Assembly: GCF_009914755.1 (NCBI RefSeq)
Contig: NC_060925.1
Length of the DNA stretch: 64,000 bases
Source of the DNA: the human T2T-CHM13v2.0 reference genome, Homo sapiens
Direction: 5' to 3' (one strand)
Position 1 is the first letter of the stretch. Each line of letters begins with the position of its first letter. The notes beneath the pieces were generated by a model. It was not told the origin of the DNA and did not search any database. It worked only from the letters and a program-made list of their open reading frames with translations. Made by a program: the position numbers and the translations under genes. Shown one piece after another: positions 28,060 to 41,894 of the stretch.

Positions 28060-28270
28060 AATATTGAGTTCAAATGTCATCTTTCTTGTGTACTAGGCCT
28101 GGAACCTGGGCCAAGTTAATTTACCTTAGTTTTCTCACCTGTAAGATGGGGTTAGTAAAAGTACTTACTTGACAAAATTGTTATGAGGATTAAATTAATT
28201 AGTTTGTTTAACTTGTTTAGGACAGAAGGAGGTGCATGATAAGTATGCAATTCAGGTTAACTATTATTAC
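28060..28270 (+). mobile_element. MIR fragment
   Basis: CCTGGGCCAAGTTAATTTACCTTAGTTTTCTCACCTGTAAGATGGGG...GTTATGAGGATTAAAT. Confidence 0.65.
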
Positions 28271-28970
28271 CCTACATCCCTGTGGTTAACTTTCTGTTTG
28301 AAAACAATACTACTGCCAGTAATAACAATAACAAAAAACCCTATGTATAAAATATAATTAGAAGAAGGAAAAAAATAAAGAATTCAGAGTCTGGCTTGAT
28401 GTAGCAAAACTTTATTTTTCTATACTGTCAGAGCACAGAGCTGGTTCACAGAACTAATTTTATAGGTAGCTAATTGTCATATGTAAAAGTACTTCATTCA
28501 TTTACTCCCCTTTGAACTGCCACAAAAGTTTCTTTTTTTATACTTCCCCATCTTATAAGCAGAACATGTAGAAAAAGACAGCCTTGGTGTTATATTTTAA
28601 AAAGTTATAAAAGTTGTACTGGGACTGAAAACTTACATTCAGAAACCATATTCCTAGTTTACTAGCAACTGTTTTGGGCAAGTAATTCAACTTCTATAAA
28701 GAATTTAATAGTTGCAAAATTGAGATAATATCACCTGTGTTAAGTAGCTTCTATTTTGGTATAAGATCAAAGAGGCTGTGCATGGGAGATAGGTTTATAA
28801 AGTTATAAAGTGAATTATAAATGTAAACATTTTATAATTATTACAATGTTTTATAGGTTAATGCTCTTCATAACTCTAGGTTATGATTGTGAATTTCTAT
28901 ATAGAGACTGCATAAGCACACTGATCTTCCCAAGCCCATTAATGTAAGTAAAGGGTTACCAATTCTATTC

Positions 28971-29228
28971 GTTTCTTTTTTTTTGTGTGGGAGTGACAGG
29001 GTCTCACTCTGTCACTGAGGCTGGAGTGCAGTGATGCAATCATAGCTCAATGCAGACTTGACCTCCTGGGTTCAAGCGATCCACCCGCCTTAGCCTCTCT
29101 CCACATGTCCTACATTCCCGAATATCTGGGGCTACAGGTGCATGCCACCATGCCTGGCTAAATATTTTTATTTTTATATTTTGTAGAGACAGGGTCTATT
29201 ATGTTGCCCAGGGTGGTCTCAACCTCAG
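28971..29228 (-). mobile_element. Partial AluJ
   Basis: GACAGGGTCTCACTCTGTCACTGAGGCTGGAGTGCAGTG through TTGCCCAGGGTGGTCTCAA; left arm truncated. Confidence 0.85.
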
Positions 29229-29763
29229 TTTTTTTTCTTCTTGCTTGTATGGTTCATATAACAATTTTGTAAATTATGTACACCTTTGAACTCTCAAAAA
29301 TTGCCACCTAAAATTTTCATCATAATCCAAGGTCTTTGCCAACCTATAATTTCTTACTACTATCAATATTGCTATTTTAAAATAAAACCGTAAGTTCTCA
29401 ATTTTAAATATGTCCAAAGAAATCGAATTAAGAGTGATGTGATGTTCATTAACAGCCATTTAAAACAAGATGAACAAACTCTACTTTAAAATAAACGCTA
29501 CGTTGCTTTTTCTCCTTAAACTGATATTATTCTACTTATCCCTCATAATTTGATCCTAATTTTTCTTTAAAGCCTTTTATTGATATCCTATCTTTTCTAC
29601 TGTAAAATGCTGTATATAAATTAGCATTAAAATATGTCTTGTGAACATACAAATCTAAGTGAAAAAATATTCAAAAATAAAATAACTTTTATAATTATTA
29701 ATAGTATATGATTGAACAACTTTTATATTTATATATGTATCCCACATTTTAATAAATATTTGT

Positions 29764-30012
29764 CCAGCACTTTGGAAGGCTGAGCTTGAGCTCAGGAGTT
29801 CAAGAGAAGCCTGGGCAACATAACAAAACCCCATCTCTACAACAAAAATTACATAACTTAGCTAGACATGGTGGTGTGCTCCTGTAGTCCTAGCTACTTA
29901 GGAGGTTGAGATGGAAGGATGGCTTGAGTCTTGAGTCTGGGAGGTGGAGGTTGCAGTGAGCTGAGATCACACCACTGGACTCCAGCCTGGGCAACAGAGC
30001 CAGATCCTGTCT

Positions 30013-30057
<45 letters not shown>
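29764..30057 (+). mobile_element. 5'-truncated AluJ ending in a (CA)~21 microsatellite
   Basis: CCAGCACTTTGGAAGGCTGAG...CCTGTCTCA then (CA)n at 30016-30057. Confidence 0.85.
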
Positions 30058-30059
<2 letters not shown>

Positions 30060-31408
30060 ATATGTATATATATATGGATAACTTTATATAGTTAATATAT
30101 ATTATATATATAAATCATATATATAACTTAATATAGTTAATAATAGAGGTGTTAATGAATTGGTTTTATCTAGATACATGGAAAAACTTTCTTACTCAAA
30201 TGGCAAAACTTTTTACTTACAGGAAATAAAGTCCAGAATGAATTCTTCCTAGATTTTGTTGGAATGGATTTTATGGACAGAAACCGTGAGAAAATCTGTT
30301 TTCATAAATAAGTCTATGGGAATGGAAGGTGTCCTATTTAAGCAATACTACTAATTCTTCAACTTGATGAGAGGGATACAACAAACAATTACAGGAATCT
30401 CACCCAAAATCATTCCTAATGCTTTATCAGTTGATGATGATACTATACACCCTGTAGATGTATAGAAAGCAAGTTGTAAACCACCTCTATTGCAAAAGAA
30501 TTTAGCAACCTCTAGATATTGTTTTAACATCAACATTTTAAATAGCCTCTTTGTTTACTTTCTGCAAGTTTTAAACTTTGGGCCGTGGCCCATGGTATGA
30601 TTCTACATGTTCAACAGGTTTTGTGAAAGGTGACAGTAAAAGCAGGAAGTAGGAACCAGAACCAGTCAAAATACAGACATTCTCCAGCAGGTTGGTCACT
30701 TAAAAAAAAAAAAATATGGAAATTAATGATCAATAAATTTCTTAGAACTATCTGTTCCTGCACAGTCCTTGGAAAGTCATCATGTACCTAAGTGTATTTA
30801 TGTCTAAGATGCTGTATTTGGTATATTTTTCTAATGGTAAGCTACCAACATATTTGAGTAGTATTTCTCCACTTCTAATCTTCCCTTTCTATCTTCCTAG
30901 AGGTTGGGAAAGGAGACAACTGAATATATGTGAGAATTATTATAATATAAGTTTACACATTGAATATAGTGCCCCAAAGACAATCTTTCTGAAGAACACG
31001 GACTTTTAAAATACAGTTGCTTAAAAAATCTTTTCACTTTGTTCTATCTTGTGTAGATTTAAAGTTGCTTAAATTCTGTTAAAACAACAACTGGAATGTA
31101 GCACACTTTATTATAATTTCCATGGATCAGCGAATTAAAATATTTATGTTCTCTCTTGAAAATAAAAATTGTGCCCTATTCTACTAAATTCTATGGGCTT
31201 GAATATCGTTTGTATTTAGTCAATATTTATGTACTTTAGAAAAACTTAAGCTGATATCCATATATTATAAATATTTATTTTTAAATATGTGTTTGTAGTC
31301 TAGGGTTTCTTTTCATTTTGAGAAATATAAAAATATATCTTTATGATCAACTCTTTGTTATTGTTAAATATTTGCTTCTTCAAGGGATATGTGTGCTTCA
31401 AAAGGGGC

Positions 31409-31446
<38 letters not shown>

Positions 31447-34400
31447 GGAGATATTTGGTACGAAAATGGACAAGACATGAAAATGAGTATTTATTATTAC
31501 ATGTATAGTAAAAAAAGTGACACACTTTGAATATGAAACCAATATATAATTTAAATTAATTTCATCTGAGCTCTTTCTTACAGAAAGTGCCAGAATCTCC
31601 CCACATATCGATGCCTCTCTTGCTAGAGGATCCATCCAGCAGCAGCATCTAGTGGACAGCTGGACCTGTCATATCTCACTGCCTTGCTGGCTCAGAAATG
31701 CGAGTACCTCTAAGGGATGTAAAATCCACTGCGATTTAGGAAAACCGTAAATTTCAACCATGACTTTCTGGCTGGAGTTGTCTTTACTAGATTGCTGCAT
31801 ATTTTTCGAGCCCCATGACTATCATCTCTCAAGGTCAGAATTTTGTGATATTAGTTATTACTTCCTTGAGTCACTCTAAAAAGTTAACCTGAAGAGGAAA
31901 AAAAATACACTATCACTCTAAACACAGGTGAACTGGAATCTGGGGGAAATACTGATATGGCTTCTTCAAGGATATTGTACTTTGGGTTCAGACTAACACA
32001 GGATTGAATCATAACTCTTCCTGTGACTTCTAGCCTGAGGAATTTAGGGACTAAATTTTTCTCAACCTTCACATTTGCTTCTTTAAAATGGGGATATGAA
32101 TACGCACTTGAAAGGGCTATTTTGTGAGATGGACTGAAATGTCTCATGTGATAAGATCTAAGCACCTAACCTTAGATGTCATGTCTTTGGAAAGCTATCC
32201 CTGACATTTCCATTCAATGGCCTCAGACAGGTGTAATGGACCCTCCCTAAGGTTTGCACTGCCCTAGCATATTAGGCATCATTCTTTATTGCCCTGCACT
32301 GTTCAGTCACTCATTTAATCAATTATTGTCCTGCTAAACTGTACAAGACTCTGGCTTATTTTTCATTGTGAAGTGTAGTAAGAAGTTCAGTACCTGTCAC
32401 GTAGTTGGTACTTAAAAAATAGTTTTTTGAATACTATAAGAACTCCAAATAAAATACTGTGTGACTGCTGCATAAAAGAAAAGATGACATATTCTACTGG
32501 AACAAAGAATAGGGTAAGAATAGGTCAGGGCAGGTTTAGTAGGAGAGGCAGCATTAACACCAGCCTTACTCTATTGTACTTTAGAACTTTTGTTTCAAAT
32601 TATCCTAAATTGAAGCACACACAGCAATCTCTGGATTTCCTCTATGGTTCAAAAATTGAATATATAATTTGGAACAAATGGAACTGCCCACTGTCTAGAG
32701 AGTCTCCTTTTATCTTCTTGTTCATTTTACTTTAAAAATAACTTAGTGATACTAAATTCTAGCCTTGACACACTGAAAGGAGAACAAACTGCTTTCTGTC
32801 TTAGAAAAACAAATGGAAGCTGCTCATATAGTTTCGTTTTCTTTCCTATGTTTCTGGAACATGTAAGAAAAACTCAAGAGGCCAGGTAAAATAGATAAAG
32901 AATGGGTAAAGAGGCCGTATAAAGAAAATCTACATAAGTTAACAAATATTTTATTAAACTGAGGAAACCTTACTCATTTGGTTTTAATTTGACTCAAACA
33001 ACATAATATTGTAATTATTATTCTTATGAATTCAAAGATGGGTTTTTTACATTTTTATTTCATGATCCAAACATGGTCTTGGTGAAATATCATTCCTGTT
33101 TATGTAGTTCAGAGTTCCTACTGTGTGGCAGTAACTCCTTCATTTCTTAGCAAGATACATATTTGTCATTCATTGTTCTTACATTTACCTGCATTTTGTG
33201 GATAAACACACTGGTAATCACTTTTAGTATAATTTGTAGCAAGCATAACACATAAGTAACATTATTAAATATAATAAATGCATGGGAATTATAAATTAGA
33301 GAAGAAGGAAAGAAAAAAGAATGCAAATTGAGTGCTTTTTGAAATTAAAAGTCTAAAGTGTACTGCTCCCTAAAATTCTATTTTACTTGAAATATTTTCA
33401 TCCTCAAATACTGTTTCATTCTTGAACCGATTTCCTATGTAAAGAACTCCTTACTGCTTTCTCTATAGTTCTCTACCTTAGCCATTAATCTCTCACGTGA
33501 AGCTGTCAAAATCTTTTATGAAAATCAAAACCTACTATATCCACTTTTCTTATCTTTCACAGTGCATTATTTTCAAGCAGCCAAGCAAGTTAGTTAAGCA
33601 CAAACTGCCTTGTAAAAGCCATGTTAGGAATACAGCCACACTTTCCTTAGCTTTTATTCTGTTACCAATATTTCACAATTGTCTTTGTAGTCAATACTAA
33701 ACACAGAGGTCTATTGTTTCTGGCTGTGCTTGTCTCCTTAGGTCCTTAATTCCTGACTCGCTTCTGATGCAAAAGGACTACATGGATACCATACGATATA
33801 TACACTTGCATCTTTTCTGTCTCTCTACTTGGACTCTCTAATTATGAACCTTTGAAAGAAACTATCACATTTTTCTTTTTGTTTTCTCTAAATCATTAAT
33901 TTATCATATGTGTGTCTTCAGGATTTCAAGTCAACAGTGTACAATTATTTAATGGCCTCCTTTATTTTTCATGGACTTAGTACAAAAAATAGGCTATAAA
34001 ATAAATATAAGATTTTAAGGACAGCTAATAGATTTTAAACTGGCATTTAGGAAAATGAATGGATTAATTTTTTTTGAAATGCACACTGCTCCAATAATTA
34101 GAGGAAACCATTTTTGGCAAAGTATACTTTTGATTTAGCCAAACACCAAATTCTCTTACATATAATGAGAAACAGTTGCCTTTCATCTTTACCAATGGCT
34201 GAAAGTCATCATTATCTAACAGATGCTCGGTGGCCCTTGTGAAATGAATTGGTCATCCCAATCAACTATTAATGGGCAGGCAACTGTAACAGGCAAATCA
34301 TAACTATTACAACTAATTAAACTCGAGTTTTGTATTTACACAGACAGAACAAAGTGAAACTGAGATATAGCTATCAATTTTGTGAGGAAATAACAATACT

Positions 34401-34613
34401 TCAAAATGAATTAAAGGTTGTTATTCTGAGATAGCGTCTGAGTCAACTCCCCTTTCAATTCCTCCAACAATTTCTTTTTGAGTTCTGGCCATGCAAGTAG
34501 ACTAGAAAATTTAAAAATATAAAAAATAGCTTCTTTTAATAAACTTACAATCTAGAAGACAGAATAAGCAAAATATTTACACAATAATTACCATGATAGA
34601 CATGATAGAAGTA

Positions 34614-36918
34614 CAGGCATACCTCATTTTATTGCACTTCATAGATATTCTGCTTTTTACAAGGTTAAGCTTTGTGCCAATCCTGTGTCAAGCAAGTCTG
34701 TTGGTGTCATTTTTCCAACAGCATGTGCTCACTTCATGTCTCTGTGCCATATTTTGGTAAATCTTGCAATATTTCAAATTTTTCATTATTATTATATGTT
34801 TTATGGTGGTCCATAATCAGTTATCTTTGATGTTACCATTATAATTTTTAGGGAGGCATTACAAACTATGCCCATACAAGACGGCTAAGTTAATAAATGT
34901 TGTCTGTGCTCTGACTTCCCCAACTACCAGTCATTCCCCATCTCTTTCTCTCTCCTTGGGCCTTTCTATTCCCCAAGATACAACAATTTTGCAATCAGAC
35001 CAATTAAAAACCCTACAGCGATCTCTAAATGTTCAAGTGAAAGGAAGAGCATCACATCTCTCAATTTAAATCAGAAGCTAGAAATGATTAAGGTTAGTGA
35101 GGAAGGCGTGTCAAAAGACAAGACAGGTTAAAAGTTAGGTTTCTTGTCCCAAACAGTTAGCCAAATGGTGAATGTAAAGCTAAAGTTTTTAAAGGAAATT
35201 AAAATTGCTAATCCAGTGAACATATGAATGATAAGAAAGTTAAACAGCCTTTTTGCTGATATGAGGAAAATTTTAGTGGTCTGGATAGAAGACCAAACCA
35301 GCCACAACAGGCTATTAAACCAAAGCTTAATCCAGAGTATGGCTCTAACTATCTTCAGTTCTATGAAGGCTGAGAAAGGTGAGGAAGCTACAGAAGAAAA
35401 GTTTGAAGCTGGAACAGCTTGGTTCATTAGGTTTAAGAAAAGAAGCTGTCTCTATAACATAAAAGTGCAAGATGAGGCAGCAAATGCTGATATAGAAGCT
35501 GCAGCAAGTTATCCAGAAGATTTAGCTAAAATAATTGATGAAGATGTCTACATTAACATCAGATTTTCAGTGCAGATAAAACTGCCTTTTATTGGAAGAA
35601 GGTGCCACCTAGGACTTTCACGGCTAGAGAAGAGAAGTCAATACCTGGTTTCAAAGACTCAAAGGACAGGCTGACTCTCTTGTTGGGGACTAGTGTAACT
35701 GATGACTTTAAGTTGAAGCCAATGCTCATTTACCATACCCAAAATGCTAGGGACCTTAAGAATTATGCTAAATCTACTCTGCCAGTGATTTATAAATTGG
35801 ACAACAAATCCTGGATGGCAGCACATTTTTTACAGCTTGATGCACAGAATATTTTAAGTCATAGTTAAGACCTACTGCTCAGGAAAAAAAAAAAAAAAAG
35901 GTTCTTTTCAAAATACTACTGCTTACTAACAGAAAATGCACCTAGTTGCTCAAGAGCTCTTATGGAGAATGTACAAGAAGATTAATGTTGCTTTGATGCC
36001 TAGTAACACAACACCCATAACATCCATTCTGCAGCTCATGATCAAGGAGTAATTTCAACTTTCAAGCCTTATTACTTAAGAAATACATTTTATAAAGCTA
36101 TTGTTTCCACAGATAGTGATTTCTCTGACGGATATGGGCAAACTAAGTTAAACCGCCTGGAAAGGATTCTCCATTCCAGATATCATTGAGAATATTCGTA
36201 ATTCATGAGAAGAGGTCAAAATATCAAGTGACTGGAGATGCGGTGGAAATAGTAAGACAACTATAACTAGAAGTGGAGCCTGAAGATGTGCCTGAATTGA
36301 TGCAATCTCGTGATAAAGCTTGAAAAATGAGGAGCTGCTCTTTACAGATGAGCAAAGAAAGTCGTTTCTTGAGATGGTATCTACCCCTGGGGTAACTGCT
36401 GTGAATATTGTTGAAATGACAACAGAGGATTTAGACTATTACAAAAACTTATTTGATAAAACAACAACAGGATTTGAGAGGGCTGACTCCAATTTTGAAA
36501 GTTCTATTGTGGGTATGACGCTATCAAAAAGTATTGGATGGAATAAGGAAATCTTTCATGTCAGAAAGAGTCAATCAATGTAGCCAACTTCATTGTTGTC
36601 ATATTTTAATAAATTGTCCAAGCCACCCTATCCTTCTGCAACCACCACTCTGACCAGTCAGTAAGCCCTTCACAAACAGAACAAAGGACTTGTTGAAGGC
36701 TCAAATGATAATTAGCATTTTTAATAAGAAAGTGTTTTATAATAAGTGATATACTTTTTTTTAGACATAATGCTATTGCATACTTAATAGATGACAACAT
36801 AATGTAAACACAACTTTTGTTTATTGGTAAATTAAAAAAAATAATGTGACTTAATTGAGATATCCACTTTATCGCAGTGGTCTGGAAACTGATCCACAAT
36901 ACCTCCCAGGTAAGCCTA
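34614..36918 (+). mobile_element. Near-full-length Tigger1 DNA transposon
   Basis: TIRs CAGGCATACCTC ... CAGGTAAGCCTA flanked by TA; ~2.3 kb; contains transposase remnants. Confidence 0.95.
35018..36583 (+). pseudogene. Inactivated Tigger1 (pogo/CENP-B-like DDE, TIGD1-like) transposase
   Basis: ORF pieces [60 protein letters not shown] and EELLFTDEQRK match the Tigger1 transposase. The start codon is lost and there are stops and frameshifts. Confidence 0.85.
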
Positions 36919-39900
36919 TACCATAAGAGACATAATGGTTTATAGGACTTCAAGAAAGAAGAGATCATATTTCACTGCATTAGAATTTGTAAAATTAGCT
37001 GGGGAAATAGGAATGTGAAATGGTTCTTTATAGACAGGAATCATTTAGCGTTAGAAAAGAGGATGAATAAGAGCTGTCGACATAACAGTTCTCAGCAGGG
37101 GACACCAAGAGAAACACAGATAAAGAGACACAAAATAAGGAGTGAGGTTGTGGACTAGCATAAAATCTCATTTGATTCAATAGAGTGTATGAAAGAAGTG
37201 GGGATGAAAAGTTCCATAATTCGCTTGGAGGTAAATGATAGATGATTTTAGATGTCAACCTGTGAATTTCAGAATAATTTCAGTAGGCAAAAAGATGTTT
37301 CAGAGTACATAAGGTATATTATTAAAAAAAAGTTTAGGAGAAAGGCTTTTTTGATCATATCCTAAGAACTGGATAGTAAGCTATGATTCTATATATACTA
37401 TGGAATTTAAATTATCATAGTAACCCTCTGAAGTATATATTATTATCCCATTCATATACCTGAAAAAAAGGAGGCTGCAGAGTTATCAATATATTTCCCA
37501 AGATAGGAGAATCAGAAAAAAAGAGTTCAGGATAATTCAAATATGTTATAAACTCAGATAATGAACTTTAACTTGAAGATGAGGAAAGTGTTGGAATAAT
37601 TATCATTATTTCTAATGATCAATGCTTTTCTGACTTCCAAAAAGGAAATTGGAGAAATCAAGAAATTAAAAACACAAATCCATATAAGCACATTGCCAAA
37701 AATACAAGTACAATCATACAACCAATCCTAATAAAAAGTACTGCAGTCTTGTGGCTGTCAGCCACACACAGCTATGATCAAATAACAATTACCATCATCA
37801 TTGCCATCATTTATTTTATGAAAATGTATATGGTGATAACCTAGATATTAATAAAATATGCAAAAGTAATTTATAGAGTTAATGTTGATAAATTTTACAT
37901 GAGGAATAAATTTTACACACATCTCTAGAAAATTAATAGTTTAAAGCAACAAATTACATACAGGTAGATTTCGGATTTAACCTCAATTCCAACTGAATCC
38001 AAATTCTTGGCCCTTTGTACCATGCTTTACAGATTACTACAAAGTACAATTCTAAGATATCCTTCAAATTATCCATATGCCACTGGGAAATATTTTTGTG
38101 CTAGTATGTTACACGGAGTTGTCTAAATGAGTCCAGGAAATAAATAATATATTTTGGTAGGCCATAGATTCTGTGTGAGCCTACAATCTAATGTGGCCTA
38201 CCAAAAAATATTAATGGCACAGTCCTGAATAGAACAGGAAGTCAAATAATTTAATGCAGAGAGGAATTCTATTAAGTGGTAGTGGATCAATTCTTGAATT
38301 TTAATATTGTCCCTTTCCTACTTTACACATATAAATGGCAATGAACTCAGGGTTCTGGATCCTCTGATATGACAGACTGCAAACTCCCCGAAGGCAACCT
38401 CGACCACCAAAAGTGAAGCAGGGCTCCCTGAAGAACAAAGAAATAGTGCAGTGCATCTTTTCTCTTATACACTCATTTCTTATATAACCTTCAAATTCTT
38501 GTTTGCATCAGCCATTTGTGATTTACCATATAGATCAGTTTCTGTCTCAGCATTAAAGCAGCAAATTTTACTAGTTTTATACTTTGTATTTTTGCATTTC
38601 CTTTTCCCAAAAGAGTTTAACATTGGGAATTATTAAAGTGGTATCTTTAAAAATATCCAAACCTCAGTTATAATTCAGCAGTGACACTGACCAGGAGACA
38701 CATCTTTGTTGTCAGTTCCTCTTGTGCTTTTCTGGCCGATAGCACGAAATTAAGTTTTCACGGACCATTCTGTTTCAGTTAACTGTACTGTTGTAGAGGA
38801 AAAGGAAGGGCTTATAAACAAAACGTAGTTCTTTGTGGAGGCTTATGTTCACACATTGTCTATATAAAACATTTGCTTTGTTTTAAAAATGAAGATGTTT
38901 TGAAGACATCATTAATATGGATAAATTCAATTTCTTTTCATTTGTGTTTACCGGTAAACCAGGTATATTTTAAGTACATAAATAAATATTTTTAAAAGGC
39001 AAGGCTAACATTGTTTAGTTTGGGCAACCATATGCTATTCCAACAAACTGATATATTCTTTCTGATTTATTACAGTACTAAATATAGCTTCAATCTGTCA
39101 ACTTGATTACAGACACCTTGAGTATGAGGATTTCCTTGATGCCAATATATTCACAGAGCCTAGCACAGTGTCTGACATTTACCAAATGCTCAGTGATTAC
39201 TGGTTGAATATATTAATAGTTGAATAAATTATCTTCTACCGTGATTATTAATGACACAAATTAGAAATATATTCAACTTTATTAGAGGAAATTTTAAAAA
39301 ATCATCAAACCAAGAGAACAATAATGAAGTAGTATTCTTTTACAAAACTAAATTCTAACTTTTCAATCTGCTCATTTAAGTACATTTATTGCAAAAGTTG
39401 CAGGTAATTTTGGGGAGAGAGAACACTTTCCATACATAATAAAAATAATAAGAAATAAGTAACCTGAGACATTATTAGTAAAATTTTGTCATCAAAGTCA
39501 AGGTGAGAAACAAAAATCAATGTTTTTATAACTGATATTTTAATAGTTATTTCACATTTCTGAAATTATCTGTCAATACATATCAGTCATATCAGCAGGA
39601 AATATTTCTATTTTACCTTCTGTGAATTTTAATGGACATGTAAGTACACTTGGTCTAAAGTCTAACTACAGAACATGTGGGATTTTTGGTAACACAGCCA
39701 GGATAAAGAGTTCAAAAATAGAATGTGAAGACCTGTACTCTAATTGTTATTCTGCCACCAACTAACTGCTATTCCAGACATAGTGTCTGTAGACTTAAGT
39801 TCCCTTATCTGTAAAACAGAATCAGCATTTCCCAAAGGGGTTTCCATGAAACTACTTCCCTGGGATGTTAACAAGCATCTCTTCAAATTCTACTTCCATG

Positions 39901-41599
39901 TGCATATAAATGAATTAAAATGAGCACATTTCCTCATCGCAGGAATACTCAGACCATTTAGTATGTTAATGTCCCTGAGGACTCTCAAAGAGACAGAAAT
40001 AATACACAAGTATTCCCAAATTTATGTGTCTCTGAATATGATATCCAAGATTAATCTTCCAGAATTAGTATTCCATGGAGCAAAAAAGATGCCAAAGTGA
40101 AAGTCATGACTATATCCCAGTGGAAGTCTTCAGAGAGTTTCACTTTGTCCATTCTGGCTCATTTAGAGATTTAGTCTACGGAGCAGAAAACTAAATGCCA
40201 GTAGCTACAGCACTAGAATTAAATTCAAGGGTAAGCATGGTGTTATCAGATATTTGCTTCTATTCAGGTAAAGTGAAACTCTAAAATCCAGTTTTATGAA
40301 CACTAAAAGTTATTCAAGCCAATTTGAGGCAGAGAGCTAGTCATTCTATATAAAAATGAACTGAACCAATTGATATATACTTGGTATTTTTATGGATAAA
40401 TAAAAACCAATATTAGTGACCCATGATCAGTAAATATAAATTTTTTGAAAATGTATAGGAGGAAAATGCCTATATTTCTGCAGCTGAGAGGAATATGGTA
40501 TATAGCAATTAAGGCCTTTGTAAAAGATTAACTTTTTGTGAGCAAAATATTTCTGAATAATCACTCTTTAGTAATCACATTAAAATGTCAATTGGGTTTG
40601 GAACCAATTTAACATATCTACTACCATTCTACCCACTTTTATCAGATTGTCCTGAAATTCTAGTGATTACATAATTTTCTGCTCAGTACCATCTCACATA
40701 ATTCCTCATGGCCCACAGAATTAAGCCCAAAGGCATTATCCTAGAATTAATGACATTTTATAATCTGACCTATTTCGGCTTTCCAGCCATTTCTCCTAGA
40801 ATTTTCCAATATGACCTTTGCATAGTAGGTAACTTGGTCTATTTTCTCTTTCCCCTCAAATTTTTATTATACTGAGGCCTTAATGACAGAGTTGCCTGAA
40901 ATGTCCTCATTGTATTTTCATTTAAAACCTCCACCATCCTTTAATGTCCATTATAAATTACCTCTTTGAAGTTCCCTTTCTTATCACCCCACATGAATAG
41001 AGTTTCCACTGAAGTATGTGCAATTTGTGTAGGTCATAAAGGACCTTTTCAAACATTTTCTATTTTCCCACATCCACTGAGTACAGTTATAGCATTTTCA
41101 TGACAAAATGAGAGATGAAATTTAATGCCTTGTAGCCTTCCCTTTCTTCTACATTTCCCCCCTTAGGGACATTTATTCCCTTAGTATTCACATCTTTCAA
41201 TTTCTAACCCCTTTCTCCAAAGCAGGAGTGAACAGATTTCAAAATATATATTCATCTGCATCAGTATGTTAACTTAACCAGACATTTGCTATTTAAGCCT
41301 AATTTATAACTGGAAATAAAACTTTTGTCTCTACATAAAGGAATCCAGATAAAAACTATGAAATATAAGAGAAAAGGAAAGGACGAAGAGGAGACTTTCT
41401 CATACTCCAGGGAATCATACTACTCCCAAGACTGACTCTGATTATAATACTGATTTATTATTTTTAATATTTTGATGAGTAAGGTACTTACTCTGCCTCA
41501 AAAAAATTCATGGTCACCAACTCCTGGAATATCTTCTTCCTGCAGTTTTTACTCTACAGCTGACAAGAACTAATTCTTGTTTTAAGACCAAACTTTTCA

Positions 41600-41894
<295 letters not shown>

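Noticed and set aside
35228-35868. Domesticated TIGD-like gene
   Set aside because: Start codon lost, upstream in-frame stop, frameshifts, and it sits within transposon TIRs.
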